Source: an uncultured Desulfobacterales bacterium
GTDB lineage: Bacteria; Desulfobacterota; DSM-4660; Desulfatiglandales; HGW-15
Assembly (NCBI GenBank): GCA_964450535.1
Contig: CAYVDE010000003.1
Location: forward strand, 20,585-84,584
Direction of reading: 5' to 3'
Length of the DNA stretch: 64,000 bases
Numbering within the stretch: the first letter of the stretch is position 1; each line of letters starts with the position of its first letter. This document shows positions 53,165 through 63,095 of this stretch, piece after piece. A program made the translations under genes and the position numbers. Below the pieces are notes generated by a model. It ran no database searches. It was given only the letters and a program-made list of their open reading frames with translations, and was not told the origin of the DNA.

Positions 53165-54010
53165 TCAGCCCCTCCTGGATCTAAAGGAGTCCGCAGCGGC
53201 CACAATCAGGTATATCCCGCCGGCCAGCACAATGGTTGTGGCGCCGGCGGGAAGATCCGGTTCGTAGGCCAGGGCAAGCCCGGACAAGGTGAACAAAACC
53301 GTCAACATCGCGGAGAGGACCATGGTGAGCCACAGCCTGTTGGAGAAACGGCCTGCGACGGCCGCAGGCAGAGTAAGCAGGGCGATGACCATAACCACAC
53401 CCACTACTGTGACCAGCAGCACCACGGTGAGCGCCGTCAGGCAGAGGAGGAGAAGATAGTAGAGCTCGACCCGTATTCCCCGGACGCGAGCGAACTCCTC
53501 GTCGAAACAGACCACCAGCAGCTTGTTGTAGAACAATAGAGAGAACGCCAGGATCAGGATGTCCAGCACCAGGATCAGGCGAAGGTCCTCTGAAGACACC
53601 ATGAGGATATTCCCGAAGAGGTAGCTCATGAGGTCCTCATTGTAGCCGGGCGTGCGGGATATGAACAGGATTCCTACGGCCATACCAATGGCCCACACAG
53701 CGCCGATAACGGTGTCTTCCCGCTGGCGTGCGAAAAGACTCACGAGACCGATGACCAGGGCTGAAACTATGGCGGCGACTACGGCGCCGTAAAGGGGGTC
53801 GAGCCAGGACCAGCGGAAAACAATCTGGCAGTATCTGGCGGCGCCCAACCCGGCGAGCACACTGTGGGCAATAGCGCCTGCTATATAAGTGATGCGCCTC
53901 GTGACCACGTAAGTCCCGATTACACCGCACGGTATGGCTGCGAGAATCCCCACGATCACTGCGTGCTGGAGAAAGGAATGGTGTTGAAGGTCTGCTAGGA
54001 AGTCCGCCAA
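53165..54010 (-). CDS. metal ABC transporter permease (ABC-3 / ZnuB-MntB family)
   Basis: 281 aa polytopic protein. HHSFLQHAVIVGILAAIPCGVIGTYVV..R, typical of ABC-3 permeases. Confidence 0.85.
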   Translation of the reverse strand: MADFLADLQHHSFLQHAVIVGILAAIPCGVIGTYVVTRRITYIAGAIAHSVLAGLGAARYCQIVFRWSWLDPLYGAVVAAIVSALVIGLVSLFARQREDTVIGAVWAIGMAVGILFISRTPGYNEDLMSYLFGNILMVSSEDLRLILVLDILILAFSLLFYNKLLVVCFDEEFARVRGIRVELYYLLLLCLTALTVVLLVTVVGVVMVIALLTLPAAVAGRFSNRLWLTMVLSAMLTVLFTLSGLALAYEPDLPAGATTIVLAGGIYLIVAAADSFRSRRG

Positions 54011-54759
54011 GAATGGCCCTCCTCGCTACAACGGTGATCGTGTCTAACCATCTGCACGTTTCCCCCGTAAAGTTCGTGTATCATCTCGCCGGTGATCGAG
54101 CTCGTGGGGTGTACCGCCAGACGCCGGTTGACGCAGATCACGCTTCGGACGTAGGCCGAGACAAAACCCAGGTCGTGGGTTATGAGCACGATGGTCATGT
54201 GCCGGTTCAATTCATTCAGGATCTCGAACAGTTCCGTTTCAATGGCGGCGTCCACGTTTGCAGTGGGTTCGTCCAGGAGAAGGAGTTGGGGATCCGAGAC
54301 CAGTGCCCTGGCAAGAAGCACTCGCTGGCGCTGCCCTCCGGAGAGCCGGCTGAACGGCCTGTTCCGTAGCGGTTCCATTTCCACGCGTTCGAGGGCCTGA
54401 GTCGCCGCTTTCCGGTCGTCGCGGCCGTAAAACCCTATACCGGCACCGTGACCGAGCCGTCCCATAAGGACCACATCAAGTACGTTCACCGGAAACAGAA
54501 AGTCAAAAGTGCTCTGCTGGGCCATGTAGCCGATACGCGGTCTGGCCTTTACGGGGGGCCGTCCGAACACCCTGACGGTTCCACGGGAGGGTTTCAAAAG
54601 GCCCAGGATGATCTTTAGAAGGGTGGTTTTGCCTCCCCCGTTCGGACCCACTACGGAAACAAAGTCTGCCTCTGTCACGGTCAGGTACACATCCTCCAGG
54701 ACGGGCACCCCGTCATAGGAGAAGTTCACGTCCTTAAGCTGAATCACCGGATCACTCAC
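53995..54759 (-). CDS. metal ABC transporter ATP-binding protein (ZnuC/MntA family)
   Basis: Walker A GPNGGGKTT, signature LSGGQRQRV, Walker B LLDEPTANVD. Confidence 0.85.
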   Translation of the reverse strand: MSDPVIQLKDVNFSYDGVPVLEDVYLTVTEADFVSVVGPNGGGKTTLLKIILGLLKPSRGTVRVFGRPPVKARPRIGYMAQQSTFDFLFPVNVLDVVLMGRLGHGAGIGFYGRDDRKAATQALERVEMEPLRNRPFSRLSGGQRQRVLLARALVSDPQLLLLDEPTANVDAAIETELFEILNELNRHMTIVLITHDLGFVSAYVRSVICVNRRLAVHPTSSITGEMIHELYGGNVQMVRHDHRCSEEGHSWRTS

Positions 54760-54809
54760 GCCGGCTTCCTCTCATCTTGAGTCTTTTCGAAGATGCTTCT
54801 TTCGGCTGT

Positions 54810-56045
54810 TCATTCCTCGTCAGGATAACGTCTTGCAATGGACTTGAGTACATCAAGACAACCGAAAAATGCTTCCACCACGTTCGGGTCGAAGTGGGTG
54901 CCTGAACTGCGCCGCATCTCATCCAGTATGCGTCCTTCGTCCCATGGCTCCTTGTACGAACGCCTGGAGCAGAGGGCGTCGTAGACGTCTGCAACGGCTA
55001 CTATCCGGCCGAACAGGGGAATTTCTTCGCCTTGCTTCGGCCGGGGGAGACCGGCTGATGTCACGAATCCGTCGAGAGGTTTTTCCGTAAAGGGGTTCAC
55101 GTGTCCCGGATATCCGCTTCCGTCCCATTTTTCATGATGGGTCAGCGCCACCTGAGCGGCCACTTCATCGAAATCGGAATTGATGTCCTTGAAGAGGCGG
55201 GCCCCCAGGTAGGTATGGCTCTTTATAATCTCGAATTCATCCATGTTAAGGCGCGCGGGCTTTTTGAGGATAAGGTCGCTGATGGCCACCTTGCCGACAT
55301 CATGTAGCATGGCGGCCATACGCAGGACATCCTTGTTGACGGCGACATCCCCTGCCGGGATTCCCTGATGCCTGGCCCATTCCTCGTAAACCTCCACCGA
55401 GTAGGCCCCTACACGGTTGACATGTGCCCCTGTTTCCCGCGGATCCCGAAGCTCCGCCATGCTGATCATGCGGAGGATGATGTCCCGGGTCATGCGTGCC
55501 CGTTCCACGGCCAGGGCCGCGCTGATGGCGAAGTGCTGGATGAGAGCCTCGTCCGACGCCTCGAACGGGACCGGTTTGCCATGGTCGTCCATGGCGTTTA
55601 TGACCTGCATAACGCCCAGGACATCCCCGCGCTGGTTGGTCATGGGTACGGTGAGCATCGAGCAGGTACGGTAGTCTGAGAGTTCGTCGAACGTGGAGTC
55701 GAAAGAGTAGGGGGTGGACTCGCCCAGGGTATAGACATCAGGGATGTTGACCGGTTGGTTATGTTGGGCAACGTAACCTGCGATGGAGTGGTCATTAATC
55801 GGGATGGTGAATGTGCTGTAAACGAGTTTTCGCCCCGGCCCCAGCCGCCGCTGTAGAGTGTCGTTTTGAGTGTAGCTGAATGTCAGGCTGTTTCCGGACT
55901 TCAGGTAGATGGAGCCGGCGTCGGCGTTGAAGACCGCTCGAACGCTTGTCAGTATCCGTTCGAGAAGGAGGTCGATGTCTTTAACCTCGTTGATGTCCAG
56001 CCCGATTCTGGTTATCAATTGCAGCTTTTCGTGCTCGTTCAGCAT
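54810..56045 (-). CDS. GAF domain-containing HD-GYP phosphodiesterase
   Basis: N-terminal GAF-like region. HD (LHDVGK) and HHEKWDGSGYPG motifs. Confidence 0.85.
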   Translation of the reverse strand: MLNEHEKLQLITRIGLDINEVKDIDLLLERILTSVRAVFNADAGSIYLKSGNSLTFSYTQNDTLQRRLGPGRKLVYSTFTIPINDHSIAGYVAQHNQPVNIPDVYTLGESTPYSFDSTFDELSDYRTCSMLTVPMTNQRGDVLGVMQVINAMDDHGKPVPFEASDEALIQHFAISAALAVERARMTRDIILRMISMAELRDPRETGAHVNRVGAYSVEVYEEWARHQGIPAGDVAVNKDVLRMAAMLHDVGKVAISDLILKKPARLNMDEFEIIKSHTYLGARLFKDINSDFDEVAAQVALTHHEKWDGSGYPGHVNPFTEKPLDGFVTSAGLPRPKQGEEIPLFGRIVAVADVYDALCSRRSYKEPWDEGRILDEMRRSSGTHFDPNVVEAFFGCLDVLKSIARRYPDEE

Positions 56046-56073
56046 GACTGCTCCAGAGTGGTATTTCCCGGGT

Positions 56074-56976
56074 TCAGAAGAGCTTTTTCACTTGCTCTAT
56101 GATGATCCCGCCTTTTTTCAATCCGGAGACCCAGTGGTCCGGGATTGCCTCCATCCCCAGGTAGGCGCCAAGGACCATCCCTGCAATGAGATTCCTGCCG
56201 GCGCTGTCTCCCCCGGCCCCCACCGATTGTATCAGGGCTTCCTCCAGATCGTTTTCATAGCGGGCGATGATGTGAACCACGGACGGGAAGGCCTGTTCTG
56301 TGTGACAACTCTGGCCGAAACCAAGGATGGCTTCCCTGCTGTCTTTGTCAATGGTGTTGATTCCTTCGTGAACCCACAGAGGGATGGGAGTGGACTCGAA
56401 GGCACGGGCGTTTTGTTCCATTGCGGCGGATGGAGAGGCGCCCTGGAAAACCGAGAGGACGGTCTGTGCAAAAAACAGCCCGGCTTGAACAACTATGGGG
56501 TTGTTGTGAGTCATTCGTGTCTGGGCGCTGACCGCTTGCAGCAGCGCATCGCGGTCGTCGGCATACCGGAGTACAAGTGGAGCGATTCGGGCGGCCCCGG
56601 CAAGGTCATCGGAATATGACCCGGCGTCTTCGGGACCGGCCCCGTTTCGAGCATTGCGCAGCGTGGCCTTGGTGGCCTCGTCCATATATCCGTCGTATGA
56701 TGCAAACAACTCCTGCCATCGCAGCCAGAAATCATCCAGGTGAAACTCCCCGCGTTCGGCCAGGGAAGACAGAAGCACAAATGCCTGGTCGCCGTAATGG
56801 GTGAACTCACCGGCATCTCTGTTCGGGTGAAATGATGAAGGGAGCGGTTTCATTAATGATTCCACTCGCCCGAACGTGTCTTCGATCTTCCGGGTGTCGT
56901 ATATCCAGTGTGCTCCCAGGGCGTGGGAGTCCGCTGTGAATGAGGCAAGGACCATGGCTGTTCCGTTGACGTGCAT
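56074..56976 (-). CDS. ADP-ribosylglycohydrolase family protein
   Basis: ADSHALGAHWIY and GGDSAGRN motif regions. 300 aa. Start approximate. Confidence 0.75.
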   Translation of the reverse strand: MHVNGTAMVLASFTADSHALGAHWIYDTRKIEDTFGRVESLMKPLPSSFHPNRDAGEFTHYGDQAFVLLSSLAERGEFHLDDFWLRWQELFASYDGYMDEATKATLRNARNGAGPEDAGSYSDDLAGAARIAPLVLRYADDRDALLQAVSAQTRMTHNNPIVVQAGLFFAQTVLSVFQGASPSAAMEQNARAFESTPIPLWVHEGINTIDKDSREAILGFGQSCHTEQAFPSVVHIIARYENDLEEALIQSVGAGGDSAGRNLIAGMVLGAYLGMEAIPDHWVSGLKKGGIIIEQVKKLF

Positions 56977-57187
56977 GGGAACTCCTTTCCTGACATGCCG
57001 TTTTTATTGACAATTCCGTATCCATTCAAGTTTCTAACACAGAAGAAACCGGTCCACAACCGGAAAGAGGTTGTCGGGGTTTTGGGATGCCACAACACCT
57101 AAAATCCTTCTATTCCCAATATGTTGGGCTTGACCATGACACTACATTCACCTTGACGAATCCATGGGGGCCTGCTAGAACCACGAC

Positions 57188-57757
57188 ATGAACATCCTGG
57201 ATGTAATCATCGTGGTATTGATGGTCTTCCTGATCTTCAGAGGTGTCATGCGAGGGCTGGTGGCGGAAGTCGCTTCTCTTGTCGGCATCGTGCTGGGTAT
57301 CTGGCTGGGCATCCGGTATATGAACCATGTAACGACGCTGTTGAAGCCGCATTTGCCCGAGCTCTCCTTTCTCCCGGTCGTCAGTTTTGCCTTGATATTT
57401 CTGGGAGTCCTTGTGCTCTGCAACCTTTTAGGGTGGGGTCTTAGGGTGCTGTTCAAGAAAACGCTCCTTGGCTGGCTGGACCGGACCCTGGGCGCAGCCC
57501 TGGCCGTGATCAAGGGCGTGGTTATTTCCTACTTGGGTATTGTTATTCTAACGGTTTATCTTGTCCCGGGAACCCCCCTGGTCGCACAGTCGCGCCTGGC
57601 CCCTGCGGTGACGGCCTCGTTCCAAGCTCTGAAAAACACTATATCGCCGGAGCGGATAAAGGGATTGAAAAACCGGTTTTCAGACCTTTACAAAGCGACC
57701 GGGCAAGAGACCCGGAAAGAGACGGAGGTGACGCCGGAAAAGGATGGATTGCAATAG
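57188..57757 (+). CDS. cvpA: CvpA family membrane protein
   Basis: MNILDVIIVVLMVFLIFRGVMRGLVAEV N-terminus and four TM segments. Confidence 0.85.
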   Translation: MNILDVIIVVLMVFLIFRGVMRGLVAEVASLVGIVLGIWLGIRYMNHVTTLLKPHLPELSFLPVVSFALIFLGVLVLCNLLGWGLRVLFKKTLLGWLDRTLGAALAVIKGVVISYLGIVILTVYLVPGTPLVAQSRLAPAVTASFQALKNTISPERIKGLKNRFSDLYKATGQETRKETEVTPEKDGLQ

Positions 57758-58445
57758 ACTCGAGCGGGCGGCGACCCGCCTGGCGGACTTGGTTTCCCGG
57801 CTTCGTGCCCCGGATGGGTGCCCGTGGGATGCCCGGCAGACCGAGCACACCCTCAGAATGTATCTCCTGGAGGAGGCATACGAAGTCGTGGACGCAGTGG
57901 AGAGGGGAGTGTGGCCTGAAATATGCGGCGAGCTGGGCGATCTGCTGTTTCAAATCATTTTTCTCGCGCGCCTCGCAGAGGAAAAAAAGGAATTTGACCT
58001 GGTGGACGTGATGGAGGGGATCATCGAGAAGATGATCCGTCGTCACCCCCACGTTTTCGGTTCGGTGCGTGCGGACACAGTGGAAGAAGTGGCGGAAAAC
58101 TGGGCAAAGATAAAGCGTGATGAGAATTGCGGTGACAAAGCCGGCGCCAATGCCTTGTGCGCGGTTCCCGATGGGTTACCCGCGCTTTTAAGGGCTCACC
58201 GCCTCAACCAGAAGGCCGCAGCTGCGGCGGACCGGGGTGAGGACCCCCGGGGAGACCTGAGTGATATCGAAAGGGATCTGGAGGAGTTCAAAGCGGCCTT
58301 TTATACGTCGGATCCTGAGGCGATGGAAGAGACGCTCGGGGCGATTCTTTTCGACCTGGCCGGCCTTGCCGGCCGGTATGGGTCTAATGCCGAGGATGCG
58401 CTGAGGAAAGCCAATCGGCGTTTCGCGAATCGTAGCCCTTCCTGA
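57744..58445 (+). CDS. mazG: nucleoside triphosphate pyrophosphohydrolase MazG
   Basis: CPWDARQTEHTLRMYLLEEAYEVVDA and ELGDLLFQ motifs. Confidence 0.85.
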   Translation: MDCNRLERAATRLADLVSRLRAPDGCPWDARQTEHTLRMYLLEEAYEVVDAVERGVWPEICGELGDLLFQIIFLARLAEEKKEFDLVDVMEGIIEKMIRRHPHVFGSVRADTVEEVAENWAKIKRDENCGDKAGANALCAVPDGLPALLRAHRLNQKAAAAADRGEDPRGDLSDIERDLEEFKAAFYTSDPEAMEETLGAILFDLAGLAGRYGSNAEDALRKANRRFANRSPS

Positions 58446-58590
58446 ACCAAAACAAGCGCACATGAACCGGTGGCCTGGTCTCGTCAGAAGTTCTATTTCA
58501 CGGCTTATGGCTCGTGCCGGTGAAAAGTGAAGGCGAGGTGCAGGTGAAAAGGCGCCGCTTTCCGGTTGGTCTCAAGAGTGAGGTGTCGAG

Positions 58591-59304
58591 ATGGGCCGCT
58601 CCAGAAAAGGCGGACGGCTGGCCGCCCTGCGCCGCATGCTTTTAAAGGTCGCGATTTGGGGGGTTATCCTGTTGGTCGCTCTGACGGCCCTGGAGGTCCT
58701 GGCGCTCCGGTACGTGAACCCGCCACTGACCGCCAACATGGCCTGGCGCCGAGCCAGAGCTTTCCTGACCTCCGCCGGGTATGAACGGGTCCTTTACGAG
58801 TGGCGGGACCTGGAAGAGATATCGCCCCATCTTCGCAGGGCAGTGCTGGCCGGGGAAGATCAGAGGTTCCCGCTGCACCGGGGGTTCGATTTCGTGGAAC
58901 TGGAGAGCGCCGTCAGGGAGGCGGTTCGTGCGGGGCGGGTCCGGGGAGCCAGCACCATCACCATGCAGGCCGCCAGGACGGTGTTTCTATGGCACGACCG
59001 AACACTCATACGCAAGGCCCTTGAGGCGTACTACGCAGTTTTAATGGAGCTGTTCTGGGACAAGCGGCGGATTTTAGAAGTCTATCTGAATACAGTTGAT
59101 TGGGGAACAGGGATCATGGGTGCCGAGGCGGCATGCAGAACTTATTTCAACGTCGGGGCTGAGCAGGTGACGCCTTCGCAGGCTGCCCTTCTTGCCGCGA
59201 TTTTGCCCAATCCTCATCTCTGGTCTCCCGTCAATCCCGGTCCGCGGGTGCTGGACAGGAAGAGACGCATCTTAAGGGATATGGACCTCATGCCCGATGT
59301 CTAG
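58591..59304 (+). CDS. mtgA: monofunctional biosynthetic peptidoglycan transglycosylase
   Basis: N-terminal TM anchor. EDQRFPLHRGFD, GASTITMQ, RILEVYLN glycosyltransferase-51 motifs. Confidence 0.88.
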   Translation: MGRSRKGGRLAALRRMLLKVAIWGVILLVALTALEVLALRYVNPPLTANMAWRRARAFLTSAGYERVLYEWRDLEEISPHLRRAVLAGEDQRFPLHRGFDFVELESAVREAVRAGRVRGASTITMQAARTVFLWHDRTLIRKALEAYYAVLMELFWDKRRILEVYLNTVDWGTGIMGAEAACRTYFNVGAEQVTPSQAALLAAILPNPHLWSPVNPGPRVLDRKRRILRDMDLMPDV

Positions 59305-59403
59305 ACCGGGGCCCGGATGGAGGTGCATTCGGAGGAGATAAAAAGAGGCAGGTCTTTTCAGCCCCGAGTCCCCCTGTAACTCGGAGCACGGATCGGTGCA
59401 GGC

Positions 59404-61626
59404 ATGTTTGAAAAAACCCTACGGAGAATTCAGGACATAAGCCTGAAGTGGAAGCTCCTCATTCCATTTCTGTTCTTTGCGTTTTCCGGAACCACAACGC
59501 TGACAGTGATCGGGCTTACTTCACAACAGCGGCTCATCAAAAAGGAGGAGCAAGGGACGCTTCTCCTGTACCATCGTAATTTTCGAAATGAACTCGAGCA
59601 AAAGGGAAAACAGTCCATAGCCCTCGCTTCGGTGATTGCCGAGGACCCTGACGTACACCGGATGCTGGCCGGGCGGGATCGAATCGGCCTTAACAAACAC
59701 CTGGCACTTACCTATGTCCGTCTCAAGGCGGATTACGACATCTCCCAGTTCCATTTCCACATCCCGCCGGGTATCTCTTTTTTACGTCTTAACCTCCCCA
59801 CCTGTTACGGGGATGTGCTCCATACCTACAGGGGAACGATTCGGGAGTCCCTGGATCGGCGAGAAGCCGTATGGGGGCTCGAAAAGGGAGAGACCGGCCT
59901 GGGTATTCGGGGTGTTGTTCCGGTATTTAGGGGTGCGGAGGTTTTGGGGACTTTGGAGATCGGACACTCCTTCGGCGAGACTTTTCTGCAGGGGCTCCAC
60001 CGGCGATGGGGGATTGATCTCGCTCTATATTCGATAACGAATGGTTCATTCGAGCTTATGGCCGCGGTTTCCGGAGAAGAGCCGGGCCGTGTCTTCTTCG
60101 AGCCTGCTCCGGCCGTGACTGAACGCGATAAACCGACGATTCTTGTTGCGCCGCCAGGACTTCCTGATCGTGCCGTACTGCAAAGCCCGGTGCTTGACTA
60201 CAACGGCGAACTGGTCGCCCTGATAGAGATAAGCACGGATCGATCCGGCATTCGGAAACGCCTCGTCGGGACCAGGAACCTTATGATCGCTGTGGGGGCG
60301 CTGGGCATCATAGTGTCTTTCCTCCTGACCTATCTGGTGGCGAGTCTCTTCATACGACCTATCAAAACCATCGTGCATGGGGCACAGGAGATCGCCGAGG
60401 AAAAGCGGGACAGCTATCTGGACCCTGGTTACGGGGACGAGATCGGGACCCTGACCAACGCTCTCAATCGAATGCTCGCGGCACTCATGGAGCGCCGGAT
60501 GCAGATCGAGGAGTATGCAAGAAACCTCGAGAAGCGCGTCCAGGAAAGGACCGCCGATCTCGTGGCCTCGGAGGAGAAGTTTCGGACCCTGGTGGAAAAC
60601 GTCCCTCTCCTGGTCTACCGGCTCCTGGAGGACGGGACCACGGAGTTTATCAACTCTTACGTCACAGAAGCCCTGGGTTACGGTATAGAGGAAGCGGTCG
60701 GGGACAAGGACTTCTGGTTTGATAAAATTCTCGGCAAAGATGAAGATGCCTTCCGGGACCTCTTCGAGACCTGCTTTCGAGAAGGAGGGGAGTGCAGGAT
60801 CGAAAGAGTGGTCCGAAACAAGGAGGGCCGGGCCCTTGTGTTTCTGGACCATGCGATTCCAGCTGCTGACGATCAGGGCCGGATTCTATGGGTCGACGGC
60901 ATTATGATGGACATCACTGGTTTGAAACAACTCCAGGAGCGATCCCTCCGAACCGAGGAGATCAGACTCCTGGGTGAGATTTCCGCGCGCGTGGCACACG
61001 AGATTCGAAACCCTCTTTCAACGGCCGGCGGGTTTGCGAGACGTCTGCTGGAAGCTCTGCCCGAGGGTGACCGCAATCGAAAAATGGCGGAAATCATCGT
61101 CCAGGAAGTCGCACGCATGGAGACCTTCCTGAATATTCTTCTTACCTCCATCAGGCGGGTTGATCTCCACATAGCGGATGTCGATATGAATAAGATTTTG
61201 CGGGCTTGTGTGGCCGGGATGGCGGGTCTGGCCGATTCCAGGCGAGTGAGTATCCGCGAGGACCTGGACGTCCGGCTGCCTTTGATTCACGGGGATGAAG
61301 ACCGGTTGAACCAGGCAATGGATAGCCTGATCAAGCATGCGATTGTTTCCATGCCCGAAGGTGACACCCTGGAGGTGCATTCACGGGCGGAGCGGGATCA
61401 TGTCAACATTCGACTGGTGTTTCATGGAGGACGGGTACCCGAGGACGACCTGGAGCAGTTCTTTTTTCCCCACCTGGAGCAGAATCCCGAGGAGAGCGTT
61501 CCGGATCTGCCCCTGTCCAAGATTATTATTCACCGCCACGGGGGCCGTGTCGAAGCATTTAGGGAAAAGGACCTGTTGATTACGGAAATCGATCTGCCCC
61601 TGAGGCCTATAGCCGAATTCCTGTAA
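59404..61626 (+). CDS. sensor histidine kinase (periplasmic Cache-like - HAMP - PAS - HisKA - HATPase)
   Basis: Two TM segments flank a sensor domain of about 270 aa. HisKA box RVAHEIRNPLSTAGGF. The C-terminal ATPase domain looks degenerate in its G-boxes. Confidence 0.8.
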   Translation: MFEKTLRRIQDISLKWKLLIPFLFFAFSGTTTLTVIGLTSQQRLIKKEEQGTLLLYHRNFRNELEQKGKQSIALASVIAEDPDVHRMLAGRDRIGLNKHLALTYVRLKADYDISQFHFHIPPGISFLRLNLPTCYGDVLHTYRGTIRESLDRREAVWGLEKGETGLGIRGVVPVFRGAEVLGTLEIGHSFGETFLQGLHRRWGIDLALYSITNGSFELMAAVSGEEPGRVFFEPAPAVTERDKPTILVAPPGLPDRAVLQSPVLDYNGELVALIEISTDRSGIRKRLVGTRNLMIAVGALGIIVSFLLTYLVASLFIRPIKTIVHGAQEIAEEKRDSYLDPGYGDEIGTLTNALNRMLAALMERRMQIEEYARNLEKRVQERTADLVASEEKFRTLVENVPLLVYRLLEDGTTEFINSYVTEALGYGIEEAVGDKDFWFDKILGKDEDAFRDLFETCFREGGECRIERVVRNKEGRALVFLDHAIPAADDQGRILWVDGIMMDITGLKQLQERSLRTEEIRLLGEISARVAHEIRNPLSTAGGFARRLLEALPEGDRNRKMAEIIVQEVARMETFLNILLTSIRRVDLHIADVDMNKILRACVAGMAGLADSRRVSIREDLDVRLPLIHGDEDRLNQAMDSLIKHAIVSMPEGDTLEVHSRAERDHVNIRLVFHGGRVPEDDLEQFFFPHLEQNPEESVPDLPLSKIIIHRHGGRVEAFREKDLLITEIDLPLRPIAEFL

Positions 61627-61662
61627 CAGGAGTCGGTCCGAGGTGGAGGAGTCGGCTTTTCC

Positions 61663-62373
61663 ATGATACGATCCATATTGCTCAACGGATTCATCGGGCT
61701 TCACACCCTGGTTTTCTGTGCCCTGGCCGTGCCCCTGATGCTGTTCGATCGCACAGGGACGATCATTCACCGCTGGTCAGCGGTGCCCTGGGCCCGGATC
61801 ATAGTCTGGGTCTCCGGGGTGCGGGTCGATGTCCTGGGGCTGGAGAACCTTGACGCCCGGGTACCCAGGGTCTACATGACCAACCACCAGAGCTTCTTTG
61901 ATATCTTTACGCTTCTTGCGTCTCTCCCGGTTGATTTCAAGTTCTTGTTGAAGCAGGAGTTGATGAGGATTCCGGTCCTTGGTTTCACGATGAAAAGGGC
62001 CCGGTACATCGCCATAGACCGGTCCAACCCGCGCAAGGCCGTTCAGAGCATGAATGAGGCGGCTGATCGAATCAAGGCCGGCACCTCGGTTGTGGTGTTT
62101 CCAGAGGGAACCAGGAGTGAAGACGGACGCCTGCAGCCTTTCAAGAGGGGAGGGTTCCTACTTGCCCTCAAGGCGGGATGCGAACTGGTGCCGGTTACCA
62201 TCGAGGGAAGTAATCGGGTTGCGCCCAAGGGAAGCCTTCGAATTCGACCGGGTAGAATTACCCTTACCATCGGGAAACCCATTTCCCTGGACGGCTACAG
62301 CAAGAAGAACGTTGAGGAACTCATGGCCCGGGCCCATGATGTCATGCGGTCGCAGATGGGGGACAGCAAATGA
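61663..62373 (+). CDS. plsC: 1-acyl-sn-glycerol-3-phosphate acyltransferase
   Basis: NHQSFFD (H-x4-D) and FPEGTRS motifs. GGTGGAGGA RBS. Confidence 0.88.
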   Translation: MIRSILLNGFIGLHTLVFCALAVPLMLFDRTGTIIHRWSAVPWARIIVWVSGVRVDVLGLENLDARVPRVYMTNHQSFFDIFTLLASLPVDFKFLLKQELMRIPVLGFTMKRARYIAIDRSNPRKAVQSMNEAADRIKAGTSVVVFPEGTRSEDGRLQPFKRGGFLLALKAGCELVPVTIEGSNRVAPKGSLRIRPGRITLTIGKPISLDGYSKKNVEELMARAHDVMRSQMGDSK

Positions 62374-63095
62374 TAGCGTACGTCGTGGGAGCGGTTTTTC
62401 GGCCCCTGGGGGTTTTGGTGTGTTTGTTCGTTCTGGCGACGGGTTTTTCCGAGGATGCATCAGGATACGTGGTGCCTCCTGAACAGCTGCTCGAGTTCAT
62501 GGCCGAGAACGTAATGGGTTTTGAGACGCTGGGTATAACCTGGAAGTACAGCCCGGGCGGGGGAGAGATGGGTGGAGAGCCTGTCACGGTGGATGTATGG
62601 TTCCGTTCTCCAGCGGATTATTCGGTTCATCACCGTGAGGGGCCTGACCGGGTGAGACCGGGAGGCCCTGGTGCCTGGTTTCTCGAGCTGTTCTGCGGGA
62701 AATCTCATCGGAGCGAGCGGTTCCTTGTCAGGCAGGGCTTGGATCTCGGCACCTCGGTATACACGCGCCTGGACAGGACGGTGGCATATCGCATAGGCCG
62801 GGAGATCCCGGAAGCCCCGGTGCTTCTTCTGGAGAAGTCCCGTTTCATTCCGCTCCTCCTGCGCTGCGAGCCTCACAACGGCGACGGGATCATGGAGGTC
62901 CGCTTTCTGGACTACAGGCGTGTAGACGACGGATGGTTTCCCCATGAAATCCTTTATAAGTCTGCGAGCGGGGTGACCGGTGCCTATACCGTCTTGGAGG
63001 TCCGGCCGAATGACCCCGCTCCACGCGCATTTTCCACTGTTGAGGGGGGGAAGTCAGGCGGAGTCGTTTCGGATATCCCGGCAGCAGACCGTTGA
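62370..63095 (+). CDS. hypothetical exported protein
   Basis: ATGA overlap with the plsC stop. N-terminal hydrophobic segment. No motif recognised. Confidence 0.5.
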   Translation: MIAYVVGAVFRPLGVLVCLFVLATGFSEDASGYVVPPEQLLEFMAENVMGFETLGITWKYSPGGGEMGGEPVTVDVWFRSPADYSVHHREGPDRVRPGGPGAWFLELFCGKSHRSERFLVRQGLDLGTSVYTRLDRTVAYRIGREIPEAPVLLLEKSRFIPLLLRCEPHNGDGIMEVRFLDYRRVDDGWFPHEILYKSASGVTGAYTVLEVRPNDPAPRAFSTVEGGKSGGVVSDIPAADR

